Source of the DNA: Nitrospirota bacterium
GTDB taxonomy: Bacteria; Nitrospirota; UBA9217
Direction: 5' to 3'
NCBI GenBank assembly: GCA_963751455.1
Contig: CAVVUN010000009.1
Location: 192,001-256,000 of the forward strand
Length of the DNA stretch: 64,000 bases
The translations under genes and the position numbers were made by a program. The notes under the pieces are model-generated. The model ran no database searches, was not told the origin of the DNA, and saw nothing but the letters and a program-made list of their open reading frames with translations. Of the stretch, positions 49,834 through 61,502 are shown in pieces. The stretch's first letter is position 1. Each line of letters begins with the position of its first letter.

Positions 49834-51216
49834 ATGGACACTATTCTCGTAATAGAAGACAAAGAGAGCATGCTCGACATGCTGAAGCAGACACTCGAAG
49901 CGGAAGGCTACCGGGTGATACCTGCCAAAGACGGCGCTGAGGGGATTAAGAAACTTTCCGACGAACGGATAGGCGTGGTTCTAACGGATCTCAAGCTGCC
50001 GAAGAAAGACGGATTCGAGGTGCTGAAGGCGGTCATGGAGGACAATCCGCTGCTGCCGGTGATCGTCATGACCGCATTCGGGACTATCGAGACCGCGGTC
50101 AAGGCCGTCAAGCAGGGGGCATACGATTTTCTGACCAAGCCGTTTGATACCGATCATCTGCTTGTTCTTATAAAGCGGGCACTCGACGGAAGCAGGATAG
50201 CCACGGAAAATATTCTTTTAAAGGATGAGTTTGCCGACAGGATAGGATTACCCAGGATAATAGGCAAAAGCGCGCAGCTCCAGGAAATTACGGCAAAACT
50301 GCAGAAGGTCGCGCCCACGACCGCAACCGTGATGGTTCACGGCGACAGCGGAACGGGCAAGGAACTGTTCGCGCGTGCCATCCATTATCTCAGTCCCCGG
50401 AAGGATTCTCCTTTCGTTGCGATCAACTCCGCGGCTATTCCGCGCGAACTGCTTGAGAGCGAACTCTTCGGCTATGAACGGGGCGCTTTTACCGGCGCGG
50501 ATGCCCGGAAGCTCGGGAAGCTGGAGCTTGCCGACAAGGGTACCGTGTTCCTGGATGAGATCGGCGATATGGACATGGCGCTTCAGGCCAAGCTGCTTCG
50601 GGTTCTCCAGGAACAGGTTATCGAGCGGGTCGGCGGCGGCAAGCCCATAAAGATAGACGTACGGGTCATTGCAGCCACGAACAAGGACCTGGATAAGGCG
50701 GTTGCGGCGAAGCTGTTCCGCGAAGACCTGTTCTATCGCTTGAATGTATTTCCGATAACCATCCCGCCGCTCCGGGATCGCCGGGACGACATCCCGGCGC
50801 TTGCGCAGCACTTCCTGAGTAAATATTCAAAAGAAGTACGGAAAGGACCTCTTTCGTTCTCTGACGAGGCCATGGATATCCTGATGAAATCACCCTGGAG
50901 AGGAAACGTCAGAGAACTTGAGAACGTGATTGAACGTTCGGTGATCTATTCCGAAGGGGGGGTTATCCGAGCCCAGGACCTGGGTATCAGCGAGTCGAGC
51001 ATCATAGATTCTCTGGCGGAAAACGTTCCGATGGACGGCCCGCTGCATGCCGTGGCCGAGGCGGCTACCCGAATCGCCGAATCACGGCGCATACGGCAGG
51101 TCATGAAACAGACGGGCGGGAACAAGTCACGCGCTGCCGAGGTACTGCAGGTAAGCTATAAGACGCTCCTCACCAAGATCAAGGATTATCAGTTGGAAGA
51201 GAAGAGCGAGGAGTAG
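49834..51216 (+). CDS. Sigma-54-dependent response regulator (NtrC family)
   Basis: REC domain, GDSGTGKE, ESELFGYERGAFTGA, FREDLFYRLNV, Fis-type HTH. Confidence 0.95.
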   Translation: MDTILVIEDKESMLDMLKQTLEAEGYRVIPAKDGAEGIKKLSDERIGVVLTDLKLPKKDGFEVLKAVMEDNPLLPVIVMTAFGTIETAVKAVKQGAYDFLTKPFDTDHLLVLIKRALDGSRIATENILLKDEFADRIGLPRIIGKSAQLQEITAKLQKVAPTTATVMVHGDSGTGKELFARAIHYLSPRKDSPFVAINSAAIPRELLESELFGYERGAFTGADARKLGKLELADKGTVFLDEIGDMDMALQAKLLRVLQEQVIERVGGGKPIKIDVRVIAATNKDLDKAVAAKLFREDLFYRLNVFPITIPPLRDRRDDIPALAQHFLSKYSKEVRKGPLSFSDEAMDILMKSPWRGNVRELENVIERSVIYSEGGVIRAQDLGISESSIIDSLAENVPMDGPLHAVAEAATRIAESRRIRQVMKQTGGNKSRAAEVLQVSYKTLLTKIKDYQLEEKSEE

Positions 51217-51252
51217 GTCTCAAGATAATCTGAACATGTTTTATAAAATCTC

Positions 51253-52539
51253 TGTGCAACATGCACATGGGTTACATTTTAACCTGTGGACATGGGTTAC
51301 ACTTTTTTTAACTTAGGTTCCACTTTTCCGAGCTTGACGTCGAGTATGCCGATAGGATGGAAACCGAAGCGAATTTCGTATTTTCCATCGGCAGTCTCGA
51401 TGAGGCCGACTCTCGCTCCGGCCAGGAGCTCGGAGATGAAGTAGTAAGTTCTGTTAAACCGGATCTCGCCGTGAAGGCGGATCTTGCGGACCTTGATGCC
51501 ATGATCGTACTCAGGTTCGCGGAGTTTTTCCGGGAACCTCCTGGGTGATGGTTCGTAAACGCTCGCGGGTGTCTTTTTATTGAGCGCCTCATGCGGGCGG
51601 TCGTAATTGTACTCGTGCCGGAACTCATCAAACCGGATTTGCTGCCGGTTCATGTCCGACTCGGGCGGCTTGGTCGTATCCTGTTTCAGGGTTCGGTGCA
51701 TCCGCTCATGGCGCCCGTTCTGCTGGGGCTTGCCGGATTCTATCCGTTCCGGCCTGATACCGAGTTTGATGAGCCATACCGACAATCGGCTGAGGCCCGT
51801 TACCCCGCGTCCGGCAAACGGCGTCCCGTTGTCGGTACGAATCGCTTCCGGCAGGCCGAACTCCCGGAACGCCCACTCGAACCAGGGCTGGGTGTCCGCA
51901 TGGCAAGGGGAATAAAGGCCCTTGCACGTAAGCAGGTAACGGCTCATGTTGTCGGTGATGGTCAAGGGATAACACCATCGGCCGTCGCCTGTCTTGAACT
52001 GGCCCTTGTAGTCTGCGCTCCAGACTTTGTTCGGTGCATCGCAGGCCAGGAACGGCTCACTGTATTTCGGCGTTTTCTTGCGCAGCCGCCGGTCCTTGAC
52101 AAGGCCGTGTCGTTTAAGCCATTTCTCGGCGGTACAGACAGAGGGCCATTTAATCTGGGGCTCGTCCCGGTTTAAGAGGTCTAACAGCTTCTCGGGACCC
52201 CAGGTCATATGCAGCAGCTTTGCTTCAACCAGACGGTTGATGATTTCCTCATCGGTCTGGTTCGGGTGAACGATTGGAGCTCGGCAGAGCTCTTTCAGGC
52301 CGTCTTGGCCGAGACTGTCGTAACGCTCGGTCCACTTATAAATTGTCTTGCGGCTTACTCCGTAGATCACCGACAGATCGGTGATACTGTAGCCGTTAAG
52401 CCAGTCGGCTATTAGCTTTAAACGCTCTTCCATGGGCTCCGTCTTTCTCCAGGGCATAGGATGATCCTCCTAGCCCTGCAGTTTAACGTGTTACCCATGT
52501 CCATAGGTTAGTTTGTTACCTATGTTAGCAGGTTGTACC
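51253..52539 (-). mobile_element. IS481-family element inserted in a REP-like palindrome
   Basis: Imperfect TIRs with repeated TGTTACCCATGT-type sites; CTC flanks both sides (51250-51252, 52540-52542). Confidence 0.8.
51297..52457 (-). CDS. IS481-family transposase
   Basis: MPWRKT..MEER, WSADYKGQF, IRTDNGTPF, PQQNGRHERMHRTLK, YNYDRPHEAL. Confidence 0.93.
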   Translation of the reverse strand: MPWRKTEPMEERLKLIADWLNGYSITDLSVIYGVSRKTIYKWTERYDSLGQDGLKELCRAPIVHPNQTDEEIINRLVEAKLLHMTWGPEKLLDLLNRDEPQIKWPSVCTAEKWLKRHGLVKDRRLRKKTPKYSEPFLACDAPNKVWSADYKGQFKTGDGRWCYPLTITDNMSRYLLTCKGLYSPCHADTQPWFEWAFREFGLPEAIRTDNGTPFAGRGVTGLSRLSVWLIKLGIRPERIESGKPQQNGRHERMHRTLKQDTTKPPESDMNRQQIRFDEFRHEYNYDRPHEALNKKTPASVYEPSPRRFPEKLREPEYDHGIKVRKIRLHGEIRFNRTYYFISELLAGARVGLIETADGKYEIRFGFHPIGILDVKLGKVEPKLKKV

Positions 52540-52607
52540 CTCCCCTGACCCCTCTTTGCTAAAGAGGGGAAATACCTCCCTTAGGAAAAGGGAGGTTAGG
52601 AGGGATT
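52540..52607. repeat. REP-like palindromic element (right part)
   Basis: CTCCCCTGACCCCTCTTTGCTAAAGAGGGG..CCTCCCTTAGGAAAAGGGAGGTTAGGAGGGAT. Confidence 0.7.
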
Positions 52608-52644
52608 CTCGAAATGACGTACACGCTTTGATGATACTGTTAAT

Positions 52645-52818
52645 CCTAAAAACGGCAGTTGGACGCAGATAAACGCAGAAACGGCGGATTAAATCGAAGA
52701 CTTGGATCGAAACGAAAAATCACCAAACGGGTGATGGTTTTTTATTAAGAAGATTGATTTTTTATTTATCTTTATCCGATGTTATCCGATTTTTCCGCGT
52801 CCAAATGCTCTTTCTAGG
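52645..52818. mobile_element. 174-bp MITE, CCT...AGG family, TSD TTAAT, inverted relative to the 13734 copy
   Basis: TTAAT|CCTAAAAACGGCAGTTGGACGCAGA...GCGTCCAAATGCTCTTTCTAGG|TTAAT. Confidence 0.8.
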
Positions 52819-52883
52819 TTAATAAGTCGGACTTTAAACCCGGCCAGGCATCCTGCATGGCCTGATATTTATTATTGATATAA

Positions 52884-54939
<2,056 letters not shown>

Positions 54940-54983
54940 CACGATGCAGAAGAAAGGGTCAGCATGCATTAAGGTTTGATTCC

Positions 54984-55863
54984 ATGAAAATCGGCTTTCA
55001 CGTTTCAATTTCAGGCGGCTTTTCTCTATCGGTCCGGCGGGCATTCGAGCTGGGCTGTTCCTGCATGCAGATCTTCAGCAGAAATCCGCGGGGCTGGTCC
55101 GTCAAGCCGCTCGATGCGGCAGACATCGCCGAATTCAAAAAACTGCGTGAGCAGTTGGGACATAGGACCTGTTTTCGTTCACACGAACTATCTTATCAAT
55201 CTCGCCTCCTTTAAACCGGATTTGTACGTTAAATCCATAGAACAGTTCGTTATAGACCTTGAGCGCACGGAAGCGCTGGGTGCTGAATACGTGGTGATCC
55301 ATCTCGGTTCTGCGGGCGGAAAAGATCCGGAATGGATGATCACGCGCGTTGCGGAGGCGTTAAATATGGCGATCAAGCTTCACCCTCCCAAAGCAATGAT
55401 TCTCCTGGAAAACACGGCAGGGGAGTCCGGAGATGTCGGATATACTCTTGAGCAGATTGCCCAGGTCATCTCGGGCGTTAAATGCAACTCATGCCTCGGT
55501 ATCTGCTGGGACACGTGTCATGGTTTTGCGGCAGGCTACGATATCCGGACCAGGAAAGACGTGGATGCGCTTGCAGCTAAAATGGATGCCACAGTGGGTC
55601 TGCACCGTTTGAAGGGGATGCACTTGAACGACTGTTTGCGCGATTTCAATTCCCGCATCGACCGGCACTGGCATATCGGCGAGGGGAAAATAGGACTGGA
55701 CGGGTTTAAAGAACTGCTCAATCACCCGCTCTTTGCTGATGTGCCGAAAATCATGGAAACACCGAAGGAAACAGAAGAGGACGATCCGAGGAACATGAAG
55801 GTAGTGAAATCGTTAATCATGGAAACGAGCGCAAGGACTTCTCATCCTCAGGAGAGAAGTTAG
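54984..55863 (+). CDS. nfo: Endonuclease IV (frameshift near 55155)
   Basis: GFHVSISGG, QIFSRNPRGW, HTNYLINLAS, LLENTAG, DTCHGFAAGYD, HLND, DRHWHIG, IMETP. Confidence 0.92.
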
Positions 55864-55967
55864 GTCTTTACCAACGGTTTCTCCCCTTCAAGAATCGGCC
55901 TGAAGACCCATCCTCACCCCGTCCCTCTCCTTGAAGGAGAGGGCAAGAAAAAGGATTGGAGGAACTT

Positions 55968-56417
55968 GTGAAAATAATCAGTCTGACTCTTTTAATATTG
56001 ACTATTGCTGCGCCGATTTACGCTGCAAGCCGGGACGATATCCTGGGTCTTTGGGACAACCAGGAGAAAGACGCAAAAATCGAGGTATTTAAATGCGCGG
56101 ATAAATATTGCGGGAAAATTGTTTCGCTGAAAAACCCCAACTATCTTCCCGGATCCACAGAGGGAACGCCCGGAACGCCAAGAGTCGATCGCAACAATCC
56201 CAACCCCTCACTGAAAACGCAGCCCATTATCGGCCTGCAGATCATGAATAATTTTATTTTCAAAGGAGGCAACGAATGGAAGGGTGGTACGGTTTATGAC
56301 CCCAAGAAGGGAAAAACGTACCAAGGCAAGATTACGCTGGTGTCGCCCCATCAACTGGACCTCAGAGGCTTCATCGGAGTTTCACTAATAGGCAGAACTT
56401 CAACCTGGACCAGGTAA
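55968..56417 (+). CDS. DUF2147-like exported protein
   Basis: Signal peptide; ILGLW, YCGKIV, NNPNP.L, WKGGTVYDPKKGKTY, LRGFIGVSLIGRTSTWTR. Confidence 0.85.
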   Translation: MKIISLTLLILTIAAPIYAASRDDILGLWDNQEKDAKIEVFKCADKYCGKIVSLKNPNYLPGSTEGTPGTPRVDRNNPNPSLKTQPIIGLQIMNNFIFKGGNEWKGGTVYDPKKGKTYQGKITLVSPHQLDLRGFIGVSLIGRTSTWTR

Positions 56418-56540
56418 TAGTTTTTGGAACCCAAATTGCGCTGAACCGTCCGCGTTAAAATTGTATTGACCGTGTCCCTGATGACCGGTATACTTGTTGA
56501 GATTATAATTAAATACAGCCCCAAAAAGAAAGGATCAATT

Positions 56541-56876
56541 ATGACGGAGAAAAAAGCTGAACTCATCAAAAACATCATGATTAATCTTGGGATTCTGCTC
56601 ATTCTGGTCAGCACGATGGCGGCCAAAGAATTGAACTTGGCTTCTTTTTTTCTTGCATTGATATTGCTTGCTATTCAGACCATCGATTTTAAAGGGATCG
56701 AACCTAAAAAACTCATTGTTGCCGAGATTATTATTGCCTCTGCGCTTTCCCTGGGCACTATAATCCAGCTCACCATGTCCAAAAGCTTTGGTCCTTCGCA
56801 AGTTTTCATGATCATCCTGTTGCTCGGCGGCCTCATGGTCACTGTGGAGGCGGTACGCAAGTATGCAGACCTGTAG
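56541..56876 (+). CDS. Small four-TM hypothetical membrane protein
   Basis: ATG after AAAGGA; four hydrophobic segments; terminator-like hairpin downstream. Confidence 0.65.
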   Translation: MTEKKAELIKNIMINLGILLILVSTMAAKELNLASFFLALILLAIQTIDFKGIEPKKLIVAEIIIASALSLGTIIQLTMSKSFGPSQVFMIILLLGGLMVTVEAVRKYADL

Positions 56877-57027
56877 AATCCCCGACCACTCCGTAGAGTG
56901 GTTTTTTTAATCCTTTCTGGATATTTTCCTTTTCTTTTGGTATATTACACAAACAAAAATTAACGTTTATTCCAAGACAGAGTGTCCATTGTACAGGAAC
57001 ATATCCGAAATACCGGTAAAACAAACG

Positions 57028-57951
57028 ATGCATCGCTATAACGCCTTTGGACAGTACATGAAGGACCTGTACGGCCGGCCGGTCTACAAGGTGAACGTGG
57101 ACGCGGGATTCACCTGCCCGAACAGGGACGGTACGGTTGCCACAGGCGGCTGCATCTATTGCAATAACGACAGCTTCAGACCGGTTGCGTGCGCCAGTTC
57201 CGTTTCCGTCACGGAGCAGATCGAAAAGGGAATCCCGTATCTCCGTTCAAGATACGGCGCCGAAAAGTTCATTGTTTATTTTCAGCCTTTCACGAATACG
57301 TACGCGTCCGTGGATATCCTTGAGAGGCTTTACCGGGAGGCGCTGGACAGTCCGGGGGTTGTGGGGCTCGCAATAGGCACGCGGCCTGACTGCGTGGATG
57401 AAGAGAAAATTGCGCTCCTTGAAGTTCTTGCAAAGGATGCCTTTATTCTGGTCGAATACGGACTACAGTCTATTTACGATGAGACCCTCAAATTCATCAA
57501 CCGGGGCCATGATTATGCCTGCTTTCAAAATGCAATAGAGCTTACCGCGGGAAGGGGCATTCAGGTCGGCGCGCATATCATCCTCGGCTTTCCCACCGAG
57601 ACTCGGGAACAGATGCTCGCAATGGCAGATGCGCTGTCGGCTCTGCCCGTAGAATTCCTCAAGATACACCAGCTGCAGGTCGTGAAAGGCACGTCCCTCG
57701 CTGATCTTTACGCTGACAACCCCTTTCATACATTTGGTTACGAAGAATACATTACGATGCTGGCCGATTTTCTCGACAGGCTGTCGCCGGATATAGTTCT
57801 TCAGCGCCTGTTTGCGGCAGCGCCGGACAACATGCTGATCGCGCCGGTGTGGCACAAAACCAGGAGCGAGCTTCTGAACGATCTCGACGCATTTATGAAG
57901 CAGCGAGAGAGCAGGCAAGGCAAAGCGCGCGTCGTGCGAATTGAAAAATGA
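57028..57951 (+). CDS. YhcC-type (TIGR01212-like) radical SAM protein
   Basis: GFTCPNRDG..GGCIYC, YFQPFTNTY, IGTRPDC, INRGHD, LKIHQL. Confidence 0.88.
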   Translation: MHRYNAFGQYMKDLYGRPVYKVNVDAGFTCPNRDGTVATGGCIYCNNDSFRPVACASSVSVTEQIEKGIPYLRSRYGAEKFIVYFQPFTNTYASVDILERLYREALDSPGVVGLAIGTRPDCVDEEKIALLEVLAKDAFILVEYGLQSIYDETLKFINRGHDYACFQNAIELTAGRGIQVGAHIILGFPTETREQMLAMADALSALPVEFLKIHQLQVVKGTSLADLYADNPFHTFGYEEYITMLADFLDRLSPDIVLQRLFAAAPDNMLIAPVWHKTRSELLNDLDAFMKQRESRQGKARVVRIEK

Positions 57952-58007
57952 AAATTGTAAATATCAAAATATTCAATTTGCATTTTCCAATTTCCAATTT
58001 TAAATTC
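57938..58007. repeat. Heptamer-based inverted repeat overlapping the radical SAM gene stop codon
   Basis: GAATTGAAAAATGAAAATTGTAAAT...ATTTGCATTTTCCAATTTCCAATTTTAAATTC. Confidence 0.6.
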
Positions 58008-58021
58008 ACCGAAGGTGGCCT

Positions 58022-58683
58022 ATGATCGATCTTCACACGCATTCTCTTTTCAGCGACGGCGTCCTGGTGCCGTCTGAACTCGTCCGGCGGGCAGTGGTGA
58101 AAGGCTATGAAATAATCGCGATAACCGACCATGCGGACGCTTCAAACCTGGATTTCGCGATCCCGCGTGTCGCGGCGGCCTGTAGAGAACTTAATAGGCT
58201 CTGGAAAATCAAGGCGCTTCCCGGCATCGAACTTACCCATATCCCCCCGAGAGTTTCAAAAAGCTGACAGAACAGGCACGGTCCCTCGGCGCCCTGATTG
58301 TGGTTGCGCACGGGGAAACACTGGTAGAACCGGTGCATCCGGGAACAAACCGTGCTGCGATTGAAGCAGGGGTCGACATTCTCGCGCACCCCGGGCTTAT
58401 AACCAAAGAAGAGTCTGAATACGCGGCAAGGAATGGTGTGTATCTCGAAATTACCTCCCGCAAAGGCCACAGCCTTTCCAACGGACATGTGGCAAGAATG
58501 GCGGAAGAGACGGGTGCAAAACTCGTGATAGACACCGACACTCATGAGCCAGGCGATCTGATCACCGACGAATTTGCACGGCAGGTCCTTCTGGGAGCAG
58601 GGCTGAGCGAAAAACGCATGGCTGAAGTCGTCCGTAATTCAAGAGAACTGGCGGATAAAGCTGTAGCGGCCATGAAGCAATAA
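58022..58683 (+). CDS. PHP-domain phosphatase (histidinol-phosphatase-like; frameshift near 58250)
   Basis: DLHTHSLFSDG, AITDH, GIELTH, VAHGET, LAHPG, DTDTH. Confidence 0.85.
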
Positions 58684-58715
58684 AACATTAAAACAGAATA
58701 CGAGGAGGTTTCCAG

Positions 58716-59429
58716 ATGCCAACAATAAAGAAAAGGGGTTATGCGAAAAAACAGCAGCCTGAACAGGAGATTGTGACGATAGCCCACCGGGTTTCAGATC
58801 TTGCGTCCCAGTACAGAAAACCGGTATTGATCGTGACAACCGTAATTGTTGCTCTGTTGCTCATCACGGGCGTGTATTCCCTCACCCGTTCAATGAAGGA
58901 ACAAAAGGCAGCGCCTTTATTCGCGTCCGCTTACGGCGCCTATAGCGCCTCAACCGGGGCAGCGCCGAATTACGCCAGAGCACTCGAGCTTTTTCGGACC
59001 GTCAATAAAAACTATCCATCCACGAAAAGCGGAGCAATCGCTCAGTACTACATCGGGAACTGTCTGATGGGTCTTGAGAGGAACGACGAGGCGCTGAAGG
59101 AATATCAATTGTTCCTTTCTAAATACAGCGGAAATACGTTCCTGCTCGGGCTGGTCTATGAGCGCCTGGGCTATTTATATACCGCGATGGGTAAGCAGCC
59201 GGATGCAGTTCAATCTTTCGAGAAAGCTGAATCCATCCTGGGACCCGGTATTTCGACGGTTGAACTTGCCAGGTTATATGAAGCCGCGGGAAACAATGCC
59301 GCGTCTCAAAAAAAATATAAGACAATATCAGTTCAACTTGCCGGGACGAAGTACGCAATGGAGGCGAGCGGAAAAGTTCAGAAAATAGGAAGCCCTACGG
59401 AAACAATCCCGGCAAAAAAGAGCAAATAA
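58716..59429 (+). CDS. Membrane-anchored TPR protein (YfgM-like)
   Basis: N-terminal TM followed by TPR helices (AQYYIGNCLM, VYERLGYLY); GAGGAGG RBS. Confidence 0.75.
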   Translation: MPTIKKRGYAKKQQPEQEIVTIAHRVSDLASQYRKPVLIVTTVIVALLLITGVYSLTRSMKEQKAAPLFASAYGAYSASTGAAPNYARALELFRTVNKNYPSTKSGAIAQYYIGNCLMGLERNDEALKEYQLFLSKYSGNTFLLGLVYERLGYLYTAMGKQPDAVQSFEKAESILGPGISTVELARLYEAAGNNAASQKKYKTISVQLAGTKYAMEASGKVQKIGSPTETIPAKKSK

Positions 59430-59456
59430 AAAAGTTTGAATCAAGCGTGAAGAATA

Positions 59457-59933
59457 ATGGCCGTCTCCATTAAAAAGATATTTTATGTATTCCTGTTCTT
59501 GCTGGTCGGCGCTCTGGCCGGATGCTCCCAGGGGACCCCGGTCATTTCAATTGATTCCGCGGAAGCCAGGCTTTCACCGGTGTTCTCAGGAGCGGCTTCC
59601 ATCTTTATGAAGATAACTAATTCAGGAAACGGCGCTGATTTGCTTGTTGGTTGCGTTCTCGATATCCCGAATACGACCGCGGAATTTCACGATATGAAAG
59701 ACGGCAAGATGGTAAGAGTGGAAAGCATAGCGATCCCGTCAAACGCTGTGACTGCACTCAGACCTGCCAGCCTCCATATCATGGTATTCAAAATGCCGAA
59801 AGAGATAAAAGAAGGGCACCAATTTACTGTTCGGTTGAATTTCAAAAAATCGGGACCAAAAACAGTGTTGATCAGGATTGCCGGTGCATCGAATCATCTA
59901 AACAAAACGCACGGTAATCAGAAAATTATCTGA
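59457..59933 (+). CDS. PCu(A)C copper chaperone lipoprotein
   Basis: Lipobox LAGC; H..M...HxM ligand pattern AEFHDMKDGKM...SLHIM. Confidence 0.85.
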   Translation: MAVSIKKIFYVFLFLLVGALAGCSQGTPVISIDSAEARLSPVFSGAASIFMKITNSGNGADLLVGCVLDIPNTTAEFHDMKDGKMVRVESIAIPSNAVTALRPASLHIMVFKMPKEIKEGHQFTVRLNFKKSGPKTVLIRIAGASNHLNKTHGNQKII

Positions 59934-60150
59934 CCCGGAAACACAATAATTTTGCGATGTGCTGGAAACAATATTGTTCAATATGTTGCATAGGAAAAGT
60001 TGTATTTTCTGTTGACCTGTTCACTTCCTTATGATAGTTTTAAAACTCTTCTTTGAGGAAAGATAAAAATAAGGGAGGTGATGAACAAGACCTGCATTCG
60101 TTCGTCGTTTTCCAAGGCGTTCTTAGTTTAACTATATAAAGGGGGACCTT

Positions 60151-61377
60151 ATGAAAAAAAGACTTTTCGCAGCAGTCGTCGTATTAGCTCTTTCGCTTCT
60201 GACGTATCTCGCTTTCACCACCATTGACAGCAAAACCCAGACTGCTGTGGCAGCCGCACCGGCCGAAGCACCTGCAGCAGCACCTGCACCTGCAGCAGCA
60301 CCTGCACCTGCAGCAGCGCCCGCAGCGGCATATTCCGCTACGGTCTACGTTGCAGGCCACGGAGGACATTTTGCAAAAGCTGAAGTTACCATAGACCCCA
60401 GCAATGCGGACAACCCGATAGCGATCGCGGCACTTGACAAGGTTGACATCGGCACGACAAAATCCCATAAGACGCATGATGCACGAATCGATTCCCAGAA
60501 CAGCAACGTATTACTCTGGTCGACGTACCAACTCGACGAGAACGGAAAGCAGCATGTCGGAAAATCCGACCTCACGACCGGCAAAGTGATCACCGATATC
60601 GCCATGGACACTGACAAGCGTTCTACGGGCGGCGAAAAGAAGATGCCGATCTATTGCGCCTCAGGACAGTCCAAGGCCTTTTATATGCCGGTTTTCATGG
60701 GCAGTGAAGCCTATGTCGATATAATCGATAAGAAAACCATGCAGCTCAAACACAGGGTATTCATCAGCGATCTCGGCTACAAGGCAGGAAGCTATCAATT
60801 CCTTCATGGCGTCAACAGCAACAAAATGGATAAATTCCTTCTCACCATGACCATGAAAGGTGAAGACGGGAAGATGAACGGAAAAATCGATTTCGTGCTC
60901 GTTGACCTCAAACAGATGGAAAAGGGCAAATTCAAGGAAATCAAGAAAAAGTCCCATACCGGCACACCCATGAAGACGATCACGTTCAGAGAATACTTCA
61001 GCAAAGATGACAAATACATATTCCAGTCCGCCGGAGACAGGCTCTGGGTACTGGATGCAAAGACCCTCGAGCTGGTTGACGAAAAAATGAGCACCGCCGG
61101 AGAAAACCACGACTTGATGCCGACCCCGGACGGAAAATATGCGCTCATGACCGTCAGGAACCCGACAACAGAGGGCTGTGACACCGAAGGCAAGCCGATT
61201 GTCGACAAGGAAGGGAAACCGGTCCTGATTACGGACGGCCTTATCCAGCTGTACGATTTCGGCGCCAAGAAGATCGTAGGCAAGGGTAATTCAGTCTGTT
61301 TCGGCTGCCACAAAGGCATGGGCCTCGGCGACAAGACAGCCATCCTCTGCGGCCTGGATGCGAATTACAAAAAATAA
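60151..61377 (+). CDS. Exported beta-propeller with C-terminal CxxCH; paralogue of 16702-17793
   Basis: Signal peptide, Ala/Pro linker, VYVAGHGGH, THDA, YCAS, LHG, NHD, CFGCH, ILCG. Confidence 0.75.
   Translation: MKKRLFAAVVVLALSLLTYLAFTTIDSKTQTAVAAAPAEAPAAAPAPAAAPAPAAAPAAAYSATVYVAGHGGHFAKAEVTIDPSNADNPIAIAALDKVDIGTTKSHKTHDARIDSQNSNVLLWSTYQLDENGKQHVGKSDLTTGKVITDIAMDTDKRSTGGEKKMPIYCASGQSKAFYMPVFMGSEAYVDIIDKKTMQLKHRVFISDLGYKAGSYQFLHGVNSNKMDKFLLTMTMKGEDGKMNGKIDFVLVDLKQMEKGKFKEIKKKSHTGTPMKTITFREYFSKDDKYIFQSAGDRLWVLDAKTLELVDEKMSTAGENHDLMPTPDGKYALMTVRNPTTEGCDTEGKPIVDKEGKPVLITDGLIQLYDFGAKKIVGKGNSVCFGCHKGMGLGDKTAILCGLDANYKK
60256..60330 (+). repeat. 18-bp tandem repeats encoding the APAAAP linker
   Basis: GCACCTGCAGCAGCACCT repeated about three times. 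Confidence 0.8.
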
Positions 61378-61399
61378 GTTTTGATGAGTCATACAATTC

Positions 61400-61429
61400 A
61401 AAGGGCATCGCAATTTGATGCCCTTTTTT
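61400..61429 (+). terminator. Terminator/attenuator hairpin between the propeller and permease genes
   Basis: AAAGGGCATC-GCAATTT-GATGCCCTTTTTT. Confidence 0.7.
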
Positions 61430-61502
61430 AGTTTACGCTGCTATCAGCATTAAATTCATAGAAAGAATTATTACACAGCAGTTCAGATAAGAAGACTACG
61501 CT

